Below, piece by piece: positions 10,896 to 20,219 of a stretch of DNA of 64,000 nt (its first letter is position 1; every line of letters starts with the position of its first letter). Source of the DNA: an uncultured bacterium (lineage in GTDB: Bacteria > Chloroflexota > UBA5177 > JANWHV01); assembly GCA_963827235.1 (NCBI GenBank), contig CAWHAE010000018.1, forward strand, positions 160,001 through 224,000, given 5' to 3'. Under the pieces are notes generated by a model. The model saw only the letters and a list, made by a program, of their open reading frames with translations. It did no database searches and was not told the origin of the DNA. Both the position numbers and the translations under genes were made by a program.

Positions 10896-12395
10896 TTGAC
10901 ACCGGCCGGGAAGGCCGAGTTTCGGCCGGCGGCAAGCCATATTTCGGTTCGCGCAGCCTTGGCGCGCATCCACGCCTGTATCCGGCGTGCCTGGCTCGTG
11001 GCCGCCTGCCTGCGCGCGTTGCAAGCGGGCTTGTTCGCCGGACTCGTCATGGCCCTCGCCGTGTTCTGGCAAGGCTGGAGCCCCATGGTCGTGCCGCTCG
11101 CCGTGCTCGCCACGACCGCGATCCTATTCTCGATTGCTGCCCGCAGGCAGCCCGACATGGATGCGACGGCACGATACCTCGACCGGAAGCTCGGCCTGAA
11201 GGAAGCGCTGGCCACCGCCCTCGATCTGGAGTCGGCCGGCAGACGGTCGAGCCTGAGCCTGCTGCAGAGGCAGGCCGCGGCCGACCTTGCCGGCACGATA
11301 GCTGCCCGCCAAATCACCACACCGTCAGTCACCATCGGTGCGTGGGCGATCTCTACCCTGCTGCTCTGCACGACGGCGGCTGTACTGCTCGTACCGCACG
11401 CCGACCAGGCTACGGTGCGAATGGCGGCCATGGCCGGGCGACAACCCGCAAACCCGGCAGCCACCTTCCCCAGCACCGCGGCGGTCGCGACGAGCAGCTC
11501 TATCGTGGTGCGCGTTGCCGTGGTCGGCACGACGCGCGACACTGCCGCGCCGGGCCGGCGCGCCGTGCGGCCGTCGGGCGCCCAGCGAGCGACAGTGATC
11601 AGGTCGGCGAGCAAGGCGCAACCCGCGGGCAGGCAGTCCGCGACTACAGGCAGTACCGGCAAGTCCGGCACCGCAGGCACGGTCAAGGGGCAGACGCCGG
11701 GGAGCGGCGCTCAGCGCACCCTGCCGTTCCTCCAGGGCAGCCAGAGTTTTCTGCCTACGTCACCGTCCGCCTCCGGACGGGCAGGAACGGTCCTGCCGGG
11801 CTCGCAGGCACGACCTGCCGGCGCGAGCGCCGGGACAAGGGGGAGCGCGAGCGGGGCGGCAACGGGCACCGGTGCAGCGGCCAGGAGCAGCACCGCCAAG
11901 CCAACGGGCAAGAGCGCAGGGCAGAACGGCCAGGGATCCGCGAGCCATGCCGGAGGGTTGGCGGGCAAGCAGGGCAACGGCGCCGCCTCGACAGGCCAGT
12001 GCTTGTACGGGTGCCTGCAAATCACCAAAGCTCAGCTCGCAACGCCAGGTCTGATTACCGGGAAAGGCCAGTTCAGCGGGAGCGGCACTCCAGGCGGTTC
12101 GACGGCAGGGCACTCGGCCGGCAGTGCGCCGAAATCCGGCAGCGCGGTGGCTTCCAGCTCCCCAAAAGGGCGCCAGCTCAATCTCACCAGTCCGTACAAT
12201 GCATCGCAGTCGGGGTCCAGCAGCTCCAGCCAGGCAAACGGCCACAACGGAGCCGGATCGGCGAAACAGTCGGTCGTGTCGGCCGGCGCCGCGGTAGCCC
12301 AGTCGTTCCAGTATGTGCCGCCCGACGCCAATCTGCGGCAGCCTGGCGATGCGAGCCTGGTCGCGCGGTACTTCCGGCATGGGTCGGCGGCGTAG
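10896..12395 (+). CDS. Membrane protein with long Gly/Ser/Ala/Thr low-complexity region (DUF4175-like member of MoxR/vWA operons)
   Basis: Three TM segments, 'ARYLDRKLGLKEALATAL', C-terminal 'LVARYF'; ORF open from 10614, TTG 10896 chosen (AGGA upstream). Confidence 0.7.
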   Translation: MTPAGKAEFRPAASHISVRAALARIHACIRRAWLVAACLRALQAGLFAGLVMALAVFWQGWSPMVVPLAVLATTAILFSIAARRQPDMDATARYLDRKLGLKEALATALDLESAGRRSSLSLLQRQAAADLAGTIAARQITTPSVTIGAWAISTLLLCTTAAVLLVPHADQATVRMAAMAGRQPANPAATFPSTAAVATSSSIVVRVAVVGTTRDTAAPGRRAVRPSGAQRATVIRSASKAQPAGRQSATTGSTGKSGTAGTVKGQTPGSGAQRTLPFLQGSQSFLPTSPSASGRAGTVLPGSQARPAGASAGTRGSASGAATGTGAAARSSTAKPTGKSAGQNGQGSASHAGGLAGKQGNGAASTGQCLYGCLQITKAQLATPGLITGKGQFSGSGTPGGSTAGHSAGSAPKSGSAVASSSPKGRQLNLTSPYNASQSGSSSSSQANGHNGAGSAKQSVVSAGAAVAQSFQYVPPDANLRQPGDASLVARYFRHGSAA

Positions 12396-12416
12396 TCGGG
12401 GCGGTAGCCGGCGCTC

Positions 12417-14279
12417 ATGACGCTGCTCAGTCCCCTTGCCCTGCTCGGATTGGTCCTGGTGCCAGCTCTTGTGAGCCTGCATCTCCGGCGCCGCCAGGCC
12501 CGTCCGGTCGAGATCCCCAGCCTGATCCTGTGGATCGACCTGGGAGCAATGGCAGCCTCGTCCGGCAGGCGTTGGCGCATCGAGCAAGCACTCTTGCTCC
12601 TGCTTCAGATCCTTGCCGTCGTTTCGCTCACAGTCGTGCTGGCTCAACCGAGCGGCAGCGCGACCGTGTTGGGCACGCGCGTCTACGTGATCGACGACGG
12701 GATGCTCATGCGCGTTGCCGATCCGGCGCCGTCCCGGCTGCAGGCGGCCAAGACGCTCATCGCCGGGGACATCCAGTCCGCGCCGGCCGGCACGAGCCTG
12801 GCAATAGTCGCCGCGGGGGCAGTGCCGCGTCTGCTGATCGCGACGACCGATCGGGCATCGGCCCTGACGGCATTGAGAAGACTGCAGCCGGTGCCTGCAA
12901 CACCCGATTTCGAAGCAGCGCTGCGCCTTGCCGCCGGCCTCCTTTCCTCACGAAACGCCCGCCTGCGGATCGCCTATTCTGCCGGCGAGCAGTTGCCGCC
13001 GGTCGGCGTCGCGGCGGGTATGCTCTCACGCGATGCTATCGGCGACGATCGCGGCAACCAAGCAGTCGCCGGCCTGGCCGTTCGCTGCGCCGGCGGCAGC
13101 TCTTGCAACGCCTTCGCGGCCATTCAGAACAGCGCTGCCTCCGGGCTCCAGGATACCGTGCTGATTGAAGCCGACGGCCGGCTGCTCGGTGAGAAGCAGC
13201 TGGATCTGCCGGCCCTCTCGAGCACGAACCTCAGCTTCGCGGTGCCCGCGGCGCGGCACGTGCTTCAGGTCACGCTGGCGCGGCAGGATCTTGCCGCCGC
13301 CGACAACGCCGCTTTCGCGGTCATTCCCGGGCAGCGGAACTCTACTGCCACCGTCGTGGGCACCGCGACGCTTGCTGCTGCCGTGGCCAGGGCGCTGAGT
13401 GCCGTGCCGGGCGTTCGCGTGGTCACGCTGCCGCCGAGCAAATATGGAACCGTGGCGCGCGGCAGGGCAGGGCTTCTGGTACTTGCCGGCTGGATGCCAG
13501 CCGGGTCGCTGCCGCCGACGCCGAGTCTGCTGATCGTGGATCCACCGCGCTTTCCCGGGGGGTCCGCGCCCGCGCCGCTGGCTGATACCACGATCAGCGG
13601 CGAGGATCTCGCGAATCCGCTGCTCTCCGGCGTCGACCTGACGTCACTCAGCATCCCGCCCGGCAGCGCCTGGCAGCTAGCCCTGCCGGCAGGATTGCAG
13701 CCGGCAGTGTGGACCAGCGCCGGACCGCTCATCTCGGCTGGATTGCTCGACGGACGGCGTGTCGTCGTCCTGGGTTTCGACCCCACGGCGTCCAATCTCG
13801 CCCAGCTTCCCGCTTTTCCCTTGCTCGCCGCGAACGTGGTGCAGTGGACAGGCGGATGGCTGCCCCAGTCGGCCGTGCCTGGTTCCGGCCTCTCGGTGGC
13901 CGTTCCGCCTGCCACCACCTCGATCGAGGTATCAACTCAGGCAGCGCTGGGCGCCGCGGCCGTCTCCTCTCGCCTCGTCGCCAGTGGAAGCAACGCGTAC
14001 CTGACCGTGCCGTCGCCCGGTATCTATACGGTGACCGAGCGCGGCGCGTGGGGCAGCCGCGAGGCACAGATCGCGGTCAGTGCCGGCCCTCCCGTGCAGA
14101 CCCTGCCGGCCGCGGCGATCGCAGCAGGCTCGAACAGCGCGGCCACGGTGCCGCTCGAGAAGCCGGCAACCCTCTTGGTCTGGCCATGGCTGGCAGTCCT
14201 GGCAGCGCTGCTGATCGCCGTGGAGTGGCTGGCGCTTCTGTCTCGTTATCGCTCGGCCGCCAGGCCCGCGGCGATGTGA
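12417..14279 (+). CDS. BatA N-terminal domain + vWA domain membrane protein
   Basis: BatA-like 'LLSPLALLGL...LHLRRR...PSLILW'; degenerate MIDAS 'IDDGMLM', 'SRLQAAK'; C-terminal TM 'WPWLAVLAALLIAVEW'. Confidence 0.85.
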   Translation: MTLLSPLALLGLVLVPALVSLHLRRRQARPVEIPSLILWIDLGAMAASSGRRWRIEQALLLLLQILAVVSLTVVLAQPSGSATVLGTRVYVIDDGMLMRVADPAPSRLQAAKTLIAGDIQSAPAGTSLAIVAAGAVPRLLIATTDRASALTALRRLQPVPATPDFEAALRLAAGLLSSRNARLRIAYSAGEQLPPVGVAAGMLSRDAIGDDRGNQAVAGLAVRCAGGSSCNAFAAIQNSAASGLQDTVLIEADGRLLGEKQLDLPALSSTNLSFAVPAARHVLQVTLARQDLAAADNAAFAVIPGQRNSTATVVGTATLAAAVARALSAVPGVRVVTLPPSKYGTVARGRAGLLVLAGWMPAGSLPPTPSLLIVDPPRFPGGSAPAPLADTTISGEDLANPLLSGVDLTSLSIPPGSAWQLALPAGLQPAVWTSAGPLISAGLLDGRRVVVLGFDPTASNLAQLPAFPLLAANVVQWTGGWLPQSAVPGSGLSVAVPPATTSIEVSTQAALGAAAVSSRLVASGSNAYLTVPSPGIYTVTERGAWGSREAQIAVSAGPPVQTLPAAAIAAGSNSAATVPLEKPATLLVWPWLAVLAALLIAVEWLALLSRYRSAARPAAM

Positions 14280-14295
14280 AGGACGGCTAGCCAGA

Positions 14296-16902
14296 ATGAC
14301 GCATGCCGTGATCGCTGCCGCGTTCGTCCTTCAATCGCCGCGCGCGCTCTGGCTCTTGCTCCTGCCCATCGCCCTGGTCGCGCTGACCGCGGCACGCCTT
14401 CGCCAGAGTCGAGGCGAGCGCGGCAACGCCGTGGCGACGAGCCTTCGCGGCATTGCTCTCTGTGTTCTCGTGGTGGCGCTGGCACAGCCTACCTGGCAGG
14501 TGACCCAGACGTCGATGGGCCTCACCCTCGTGCTCGATAATTCCGCGAGCATCTCGCCCACGGGCCGCGCCACGGAAGCACACTGGCTCCTAGACGGCGC
14601 CGCCGCTGCGTCCAGTGCGTCGCCGCTACGCGTCGTCACCTTTGCCGGCAGCGGGTCGGCGCTCACCGTGGAAGGCCCGTTGAGCCGAAGCACCGTCGAC
14701 GGCCTGTTGCGGCCCGCCGGCGATGCATCGCAGACCGACCTCGCCGGTGCCCTCGAGCTGGCCGCCGGTATCGCACCGTCGCATTCTCGGGTCGTCGTGC
14801 TGACGGACGGGCTTCAAACCACGGGCGACGCCGGCTCGGCCCTATCCAGTCTGGTCGCCGGGCACCTGACCGTCGACACGGTAGCGCTGTCCGAACCACT
14901 GCAACCGGACGAGGCTGTGACCCGAGTGGCGCTGCCGCCGTCGGCACCGGAGGGCGCGGCACAGGTGGTCCAGGTGACGATCAACTCCACCGAGGCCCAG
15001 ACATCGACCCTGAGAGTACGGATCGATGGGCGGACCATCGGAAGCCAGTCGCTAGCCCTGCCCGCAGGCACGAGCTCGTATCTCGTCAACCTACCCGGTC
15101 AGGCTGCCGGATGGCACACGGTGCAGGTCACCGCGCGGGCGAGCGCGGACGTGGTGCCGCAGAACAACAGCCTATCCGCGGTGGTCGACGTAGTGCCGCC
15201 GCCAAGCGTGCTCCTCGTCGACCGGCAAGCGCCAAGCAGTGAGGCCCGGACCGTGCTCGGCGCTGCTCCCGTCTCCATCGTGGAGACGCTCCCGCGAGCC
15301 GTGCCCACATCTCCCGCTCGGCTTGCCCAATACAGCTCCGTCGTGTTGGACAATCTGCCTGCATCAGCCTTTTCTGCCGCGCAGGTAGCGGCACTGGACA
15401 CGGCGGTGCAGAAGCAGGGCGTGGGGCTCTTCGTACTGGGTGGCTCGCACAGCCTGACTCTTGGCCACTATAGCGAGACCGCGCTCGAGCGTCTACTGCC
15501 CCTGCAGAGCGAGACGCCCGCCAGCCTGCAGAACGGGAACGTCGCCCTGCAGCTCGTGCTCGACCGATCGGGAAGCATGGACGACCTCGCCGGCGGTGAC
15601 GTGCCCAAGATTCAGATGTCTCGCTCGGCCGCGCGCCTTGCCGCCGGCTTCGCCATGCAGCACACCGACGACTTTGGCATTCTCGCCTTCGACCAGGTCT
15701 CGCACATTCTCGTGCCCATGGGCAAGGTGACCTCGGCCGACGCGGCTCGCCTGAATCGCGCCATCAACGGCATGTTCAGCGACGGCGGCACCAACATCTA
15801 CCAGGCCCTGCAGCAGGGCATCCAACAGGTGAGCCGGAGCGCGGCGCCGTATCGCCACATCATCCTGATGACGGACGGCAGGAGCGACCCGGCAAACTAC
15901 CAGCCGTTGTTCCGCGAAGCGGCGGCCGATAGGGTCACTATTTCAACGGTAGGCCTCGGCCTGGATGCCGACACACAGCTGCTGCGGTACATGGCCGCCC
16001 AGGGTAAAGGGCGCTTCTACTTCACGAACAACGGCGCCGACCTGCCGCGCATATTCGCGGAGGAGGCGCGCTTATCGGCCGGGTCGGCGGCGGTCACCGG
16101 CACGATCGCCGTGCAGATGGCGCACAGCAGCCCGCTGACTCGAGATCTCCCCAGTGGGCGGCTCCCGAATCTCGCCGGGTATGTCGCCACGGTACTGAAG
16201 CCCGATGCCTCCGCCGATCTGGTGACCAGCATCCGGAACCGCCGGCCCGATCCGCTGCTTGCCCACTGGCAGTACGGTCTGGGCAGGGTGGCCGTCTGGA
16301 CGCCCGGGCTGGAAGGCTCGTGGCCGGCACCATGGCGTCCGGCGCAGGACGAATTTTGGTCGGACGTGCTCCAGTGGTCGTTGCGCGGCCCCTCGACGCC
16401 GGCCTACGCGGCTTCGATTGTGCCGTCCCCGGCCGGCTACTCAATCCAGATCGATACGCTGACCAACACCGGCGCCGCCCAGGACCTGCAGCAGATCGAC
16501 GTCGATGTCCGCGCTCCCGACGGCAGGACGTCCAATCTACTGGCGATACAGACCGAGCCGGGGCTCTATCGAGTGCCGCTGGCGCTGACCGCGCCAGGTG
16601 CCTATGTGGTGACCGCCAGGCCGGTCTTCGGCGGCGCTGCAGCCCAGACCACCACCGTGCTCGCGGTGCCCTATGCGACCGAATACCGGCCCGCGGCAGC
16701 GAACGTCGCCCTGCTCGAGACAATCGCGGGCTCCACCGGAGGTGCTGTCCTGTCTGCTGCCGGCGCGCCGCCCTCCGCGCGACCGCCTGCTGGACAGACG
16801 GAGAACCTGGCCTGGCCGCTCGCGCTGGCCGCTCTCCTCCTCTTTTTCGCCGCAGTCGGTGCGGAGCGGCTGGCGACCGACATGGAGCCGGCAGGCCCGT
16901 GA
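14296..16902 (+). CDS. Double-vWA + GATase1-like membrane protein
   Basis: Two intact MIDAS motifs (LDNSAS...LTDG; LDRSGSM...GGTNI...MTDG), 'GLFVLGG', 'PLLAHWQYGLGRV'; N- and C-terminal TM. Confidence 0.88.
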   Translation: MTHAVIAAAFVLQSPRALWLLLLPIALVALTAARLRQSRGERGNAVATSLRGIALCVLVVALAQPTWQVTQTSMGLTLVLDNSASISPTGRATEAHWLLDGAAAASSASPLRVVTFAGSGSALTVEGPLSRSTVDGLLRPAGDASQTDLAGALELAAGIAPSHSRVVVLTDGLQTTGDAGSALSSLVAGHLTVDTVALSEPLQPDEAVTRVALPPSAPEGAAQVVQVTINSTEAQTSTLRVRIDGRTIGSQSLALPAGTSSYLVNLPGQAAGWHTVQVTARASADVVPQNNSLSAVVDVVPPPSVLLVDRQAPSSEARTVLGAAPVSIVETLPRAVPTSPARLAQYSSVVLDNLPASAFSAAQVAALDTAVQKQGVGLFVLGGSHSLTLGHYSETALERLLPLQSETPASLQNGNVALQLVLDRSGSMDDLAGGDVPKIQMSRSAARLAAGFAMQHTDDFGILAFDQVSHILVPMGKVTSADAARLNRAINGMFSDGGTNIYQALQQGIQQVSRSAAPYRHIILMTDGRSDPANYQPLFREAAADRVTISTVGLGLDADTQLLRYMAAQGKGRFYFTNNGADLPRIFAEEARLSAGSAAVTGTIAVQMAHSSPLTRDLPSGRLPNLAGYVATVLKPDASADLVTSIRNRRPDPLLAHWQYGLGRVAVWTPGLEGSWPAPWRPAQDEFWSDVLQWSLRGPSTPAYAASIVPSPAGYSIQIDTLTNTGAAQDLQQIDVDVRAPDGRTSNLLAIQTEPGLYRVPLALTAPGAYVVTARPVFGGAAAQTTTVLAVPYATEYRPAAANVALLETIAGSTGGAVLSAAGAPPSARPPAGQTENLAWPLALAALLLFFAAVGAERLATDMEPAGP

Positions 16903-16908
16903 GTCTTA

Positions 16909-16928
16909 CCGGCACACGGCTGTGCCGG
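16909..16928 (+). terminator. Hairpin after the vWA operon
   Basis: CCGGCACA-CGGC-TGTGCCGG, 7 bp after the stop; no clear U-tract. Confidence 0.4.
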
Positions 16929-17016
16929 CCGCATAGCGAGCCGCGCAACGGTCGGCGACGCGCACTCAATTGCCACCGCTCATCCTGGTCGCAAGCACAG
17001 AGCAATGAAGCAATTA

Positions 17017-17057
17017 TTGACAGTATAAGTTTGCTAATCTATTATCGAAGTAGCAAA
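17017..17057 (+). promoter_or_regulatory. Sigma70-type promoter with overlapping inverted-repeat operator
   Basis: TTGACA (17017-22), 17-bp spacer, TATTAT (17040-45); TTTGCTA-N14-TAGCAAA at 17030-17057. Confidence 0.8.
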
Positions 17058-17189
17058 GATTACAGGTTTCTCCCCGAGCCAGGGCGCCATTTCTGTCGGC
17101 TGGGAAATCCCCACCCGCTGGGGATGAGGCATGCCTGGCGAACGACGCAGGCATCTCACAGGAGAAGCCGTCCCACTGTGGGGGAAAGG

Positions 17190-17693
17190 ATGGCAATGAC
17201 GGCAGTCCCGCGCAGATCCATGTTGTTCGCCGCGTGTGCGCTCCTGGTATCGGCCCTGCTGTTGGCCGGCACGAGCACGGCGGTCGTCCGCGCAACGACC
17301 GGGCCGTCGGCGAATCACCCGCCTACGTTCAAGGTGAACAACAAGTTCGCTGCGCTCTTCACGGGTGAATTTACGCTCAAGTCCGTGCCCGCGTCGGCGC
17401 GCATTCAATCGGCGGCGCTCGGCATCGAAGTCGACGACAACGGTAACCTCTACGGGATTGCCCAGTTCTACGGGTACGACGCGTCTGGATTCCAGACGAG
17501 CTGGGTAGCTTCCCTCTACCACTTCCGGCAGACGGCCAAGACCCAGATGTCGCTGGATCTGCTGACCTCGTCGCTCTCCGTCGTGCTCGGGCGCATGGTA
17601 GTTGCCCCTCCAAGCCACGGCAGCATGACCGGCAGTCTCATCCTGAGCGGCCACACATACCCCGTCGTGTTCCACAAGATCTCCAACGCCTGA
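17190..17693 (+). CDS. Small secreted beta-rich hypothetical protein (paralog of 8167..8694)
   Basis: Signal 'PRRSMLFAACALLVSALLLAG'; purine-rich RBS region; codon usage matches neighbouring genes. Confidence 0.8.
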   Translation: MAMTAVPRRSMLFAACALLVSALLLAGTSTAVVRATTGPSANHPPTFKVNNKFAALFTGEFTLKSVPASARIQSAALGIEVDDNGNLYGIAQFYGYDASGFQTSWVASLYHFRQTAKTQMSLDLLTSSLSVVLGRMVVAPPSHGSMTGSLILSGHTYPVVFHKISNA

Positions 17694-17921
17694 TAGCTCC
17701 TCGCTATCCATCCTTGCGCGCCGTCCACCTGCAGCCACGTGAGCGGAGTGACGGCGCGCGCACCGACGAAGGGAGGGATGGCTCAAAGCGCCCGTGCGCG
17801 AAGGCCAGCCGTGTGTGCCGGTCCAGGACGCGCGCAGCTCGATTGACGTCGGCTGCTACGGGCCACGTGAGTAGAGTCCGCGGATATCCCATATCGAGAC
17901 GTGAATGTAGGGGGGACAGAC

Positions 17922-20060
17922 ATGCACGTATCCATGCGGCGAGGCGCTGCCATGGTGGCAATCGCTTCGCTTCTGGTAGCCGGACTGGCGGGGGTCAGCG
18001 AGGCGCAGGAGCAGGCATCGGCGGCCAAGGCGGCTGCCGGCGGCAACGTGGATTGGGCACTCTTTGGCGGCAATGCCGATAATACCCGGTACTCCACGCT
18101 CACGCAGATCGACGCGAGCACCGTCGGCAAGCTTGGCATCGCCTGGACGGCGTCCGAAGGCAACGGTTTGTCCGAGTTCGAGACCGTGCCCGTAGTGGTC
18201 AACGGCGTCATGTATTACACCACCAACAGCGACCAGGTCCGCGCCGTCAACGCGGCCACCGGGCAGCTCATGTGGCAGTACACGCCGAAGGTCGACTTCT
18301 ATAAGTCGGTTGCCGGCGGAGGCGGCGGCCTGCCGACCAATCGCGGCGTCACGATCGCCAACGGAACTGTATACTTGACCACCTTCGACGCGCGGCTAAT
18401 CGCCCTGCAGGCGTCCACCGGCGAGCAGCTCTGGTCCAGCAACATCGCCAGTCCCGCCGAAAACTACTCCGAGTCTTCGCCGGCCACCTACTGGAACGGC
18501 ATGCTGTTCGTAGGCAGCGAGGAAGGCGATGCCGGACTGCGCGGCTTCGAGGCGGCTTTCGATGCCAAGACCGGCAAGCAGATCTGGAAGTTCTACACCG
18601 TGCCCGCGCCAGGCCAGGGCTGGATGCCCGCGGTCGGCGACCACGGCGGCGGCGATGTCTGGATGCCTGCCACCGTCGATCCCACGACCGGCTTGGTCTA
18701 TTTCGGCACCGGCAATCCCAGCCCGGACTTCAACAACGTGCAGCGGCCCGGCTGCAACCAGTGGGCCAACGCGGTCGTGGCGCTCGACGCCAAGACCGGC
18801 AAGCTGGCATGGGCGCATACCGAGTTCTGCAACGACGAGTGGGACTACGATTCGCACCAGGAGCCGATGCTGTTCAACATGACCATCAAGGGCCAGATGG
18901 TTCGCGTGCTCGGCCACGGCAACAAGGCCGGCCAGTACTTCTTCTACAACGCCAAGACCGGTGCCGTGATCAGCAAGACGGCGTTCCTGGGAGGCTTCAG
19001 CGTGCCGCATCTCAAGCCCAACGCGGCAGGCGTCAAGGTCTGCCCCGGCGCTTCGGGCGGCATCGAGTACGGACCTCCGGCCTTCAGCCCGCAGACGAGC
19101 CTGGTTTACCAGGGCTCCAACGTCGAATGCGAGATCTTCAAGACGCTGCCCATGGCAGACACGAACTCGCACAGTAAGGGGCAGGTTGACACCGGCGGCT
19201 CCGCCGCGGGTGCTGGAACCATCAACGGCGCCATGAATGCCATCGACCCGGCCACCGGCAAGGTTGTCTGGAAGGATACGCTTGGCAAGCCGATGAACGC
19301 CGGGGCGCTTACCACGGCCGGCGGCCTGGTCTTCGCCGGCGCCGACACGGGCAAGCTCTATGCATTCGACGCAGCCACGGGCAAGATCCTCTGGCAGCCC
19401 GATCTAGGTCTCGGCTTCGGCGCACCGCCAATTGCCTATCAGGTGAACGGCACGGAGTACATTGCCGTGGCGGCCGGCGGAAACGCTATCTCAGCCGGCG
19501 ACGCCGTGCCGCTTGGCGGCACCCTGGTCGTCTTCAAGCTGGGCGGCAAGCCGATCGCGAAGCTTCCGTCGGTCACTAACGGTTCCATGGTGCAGGTCAC
19601 GCTGCCCTCGCTCGCCGGCTATAAGCAGGTGGACAAGTTTGCCTATGTCAACGCGGCGCAGCACACCGTGGTTCTGCAGATCACCGCGGCGCTCAACGGC
19701 AACAATGCCGGCTTCAACTACGACGGCTACGCCAAGGGTCAGGCTACCTTCACCGTGCCGGCGCACTGGAACGTCGACATCGAGTACCGCAATCTGGGCG
19801 CCCTTCCGCACAGTCTTGCCATCGCCGACGGCATCACGCAGCCGGTGAAGTTCGAGACGTTCGGCTTCGCGCCGGTGTTGAGCCCGTCCGTGACTACCGG
19901 CACGACGAACAAGACGTATACGCTCCTCGGCTTCGACGCCGACCACGCGGGCAAGTTCTACCTGATTTGCGACGTGCCTGGACACCTGGCCAGCGGCATG
20001 TGGGACACGTTCGTGGTCTCCTCGACGGCAACCACGCCGTCGATTACCACGACCTCCTAG
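17922..20060 (+). CDS. Secreted PQQ-dependent dehydrogenase fused to a C-terminal sulfocyanin-like (type-1 Cu) cupredoxin domain
   Basis: PQQ-ADH motifs 'DWALFGG..NTRYSTLTQI', 'TNRGV', 'GGDVW', 'GTGNPSP', 'DEWDYD'; C-terminal 'FNYDG...VPAHWNV...N..ALPHS...YLICDVPGHLASGMW' (His; Cys-x4-His-x4-Met). Confidence 0.9.
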   Translation: MHVSMRRGAAMVAIASLLVAGLAGVSEAQEQASAAKAAAGGNVDWALFGGNADNTRYSTLTQIDASTVGKLGIAWTASEGNGLSEFETVPVVVNGVMYYTTNSDQVRAVNAATGQLMWQYTPKVDFYKSVAGGGGGLPTNRGVTIANGTVYLTTFDARLIALQASTGEQLWSSNIASPAENYSESSPATYWNGMLFVGSEEGDAGLRGFEAAFDAKTGKQIWKFYTVPAPGQGWMPAVGDHGGGDVWMPATVDPTTGLVYFGTGNPSPDFNNVQRPGCNQWANAVVALDAKTGKLAWAHTEFCNDEWDYDSHQEPMLFNMTIKGQMVRVLGHGNKAGQYFFYNAKTGAVISKTAFLGGFSVPHLKPNAAGVKVCPGASGGIEYGPPAFSPQTSLVYQGSNVECEIFKTLPMADTNSHSKGQVDTGGSAAGAGTINGAMNAIDPATGKVVWKDTLGKPMNAGALTTAGGLVFAGADTGKLYAFDAATGKILWQPDLGLGFGAPPIAYQVNGTEYIAVAAGGNAISAGDAVPLGGTLVVFKLGGKPIAKLPSVTNGSMVQVTLPSLAGYKQVDKFAYVNAAQHTVVLQITAALNGNNAGFNYDGYAKGQATFTVPAHWNVDIEYRNLGALPHSLAIADGITQPVKFETFGFAPVLSPSVTTGTTNKTYTLLGFDADHAGKFYLICDVPGHLASGMWDTFVVSSTATTPSITTTS

Positions 20061-20100
20061 AGTTCACCGGCGAAGGCCGGAAACGTTGAGCCGGCGGCGA

Positions 20101-20131
20101 ACGGGACACCGTCGCGGTGACGGTGTCCCGT
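20101..20131. terminator. Strong hairpin between convergent genes
   Basis: 13-bp perfect stem ACGGGACACCGTC-GCGGT-GACGGTGTCCCGT. Confidence 0.7.
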
Positions 20132-20219
20132 GCGCTTGTCGGCAGGAGCTGGAAGACACGTGCCGGCTGATGCCTGCGTGCCCGCGGCAGCATGCCCGTC
20201 CGTTTGCCGAGCACCCGGC

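Noticed and set aside
10196-13168. 990-aa plus-strand ORF, and similar long ORFs such as 44531..47593, 50611..52797, 29975..31882 and 37232..39463
   Set aside because: Arg/Pro/Gly-rich shadow frames of real genes in high-GC DNA with no motifs; only the last 148 aa of 44531..47593 looks real
17922-20060. Calling this gene xoxF, mxaF or exaA
   Set aside because: It lacks the vicinal Cys-Cys, has an altered Glu ligand and no mxaI/xoxG/xoxJ neighbours; substrate cannot be assigned from sequence
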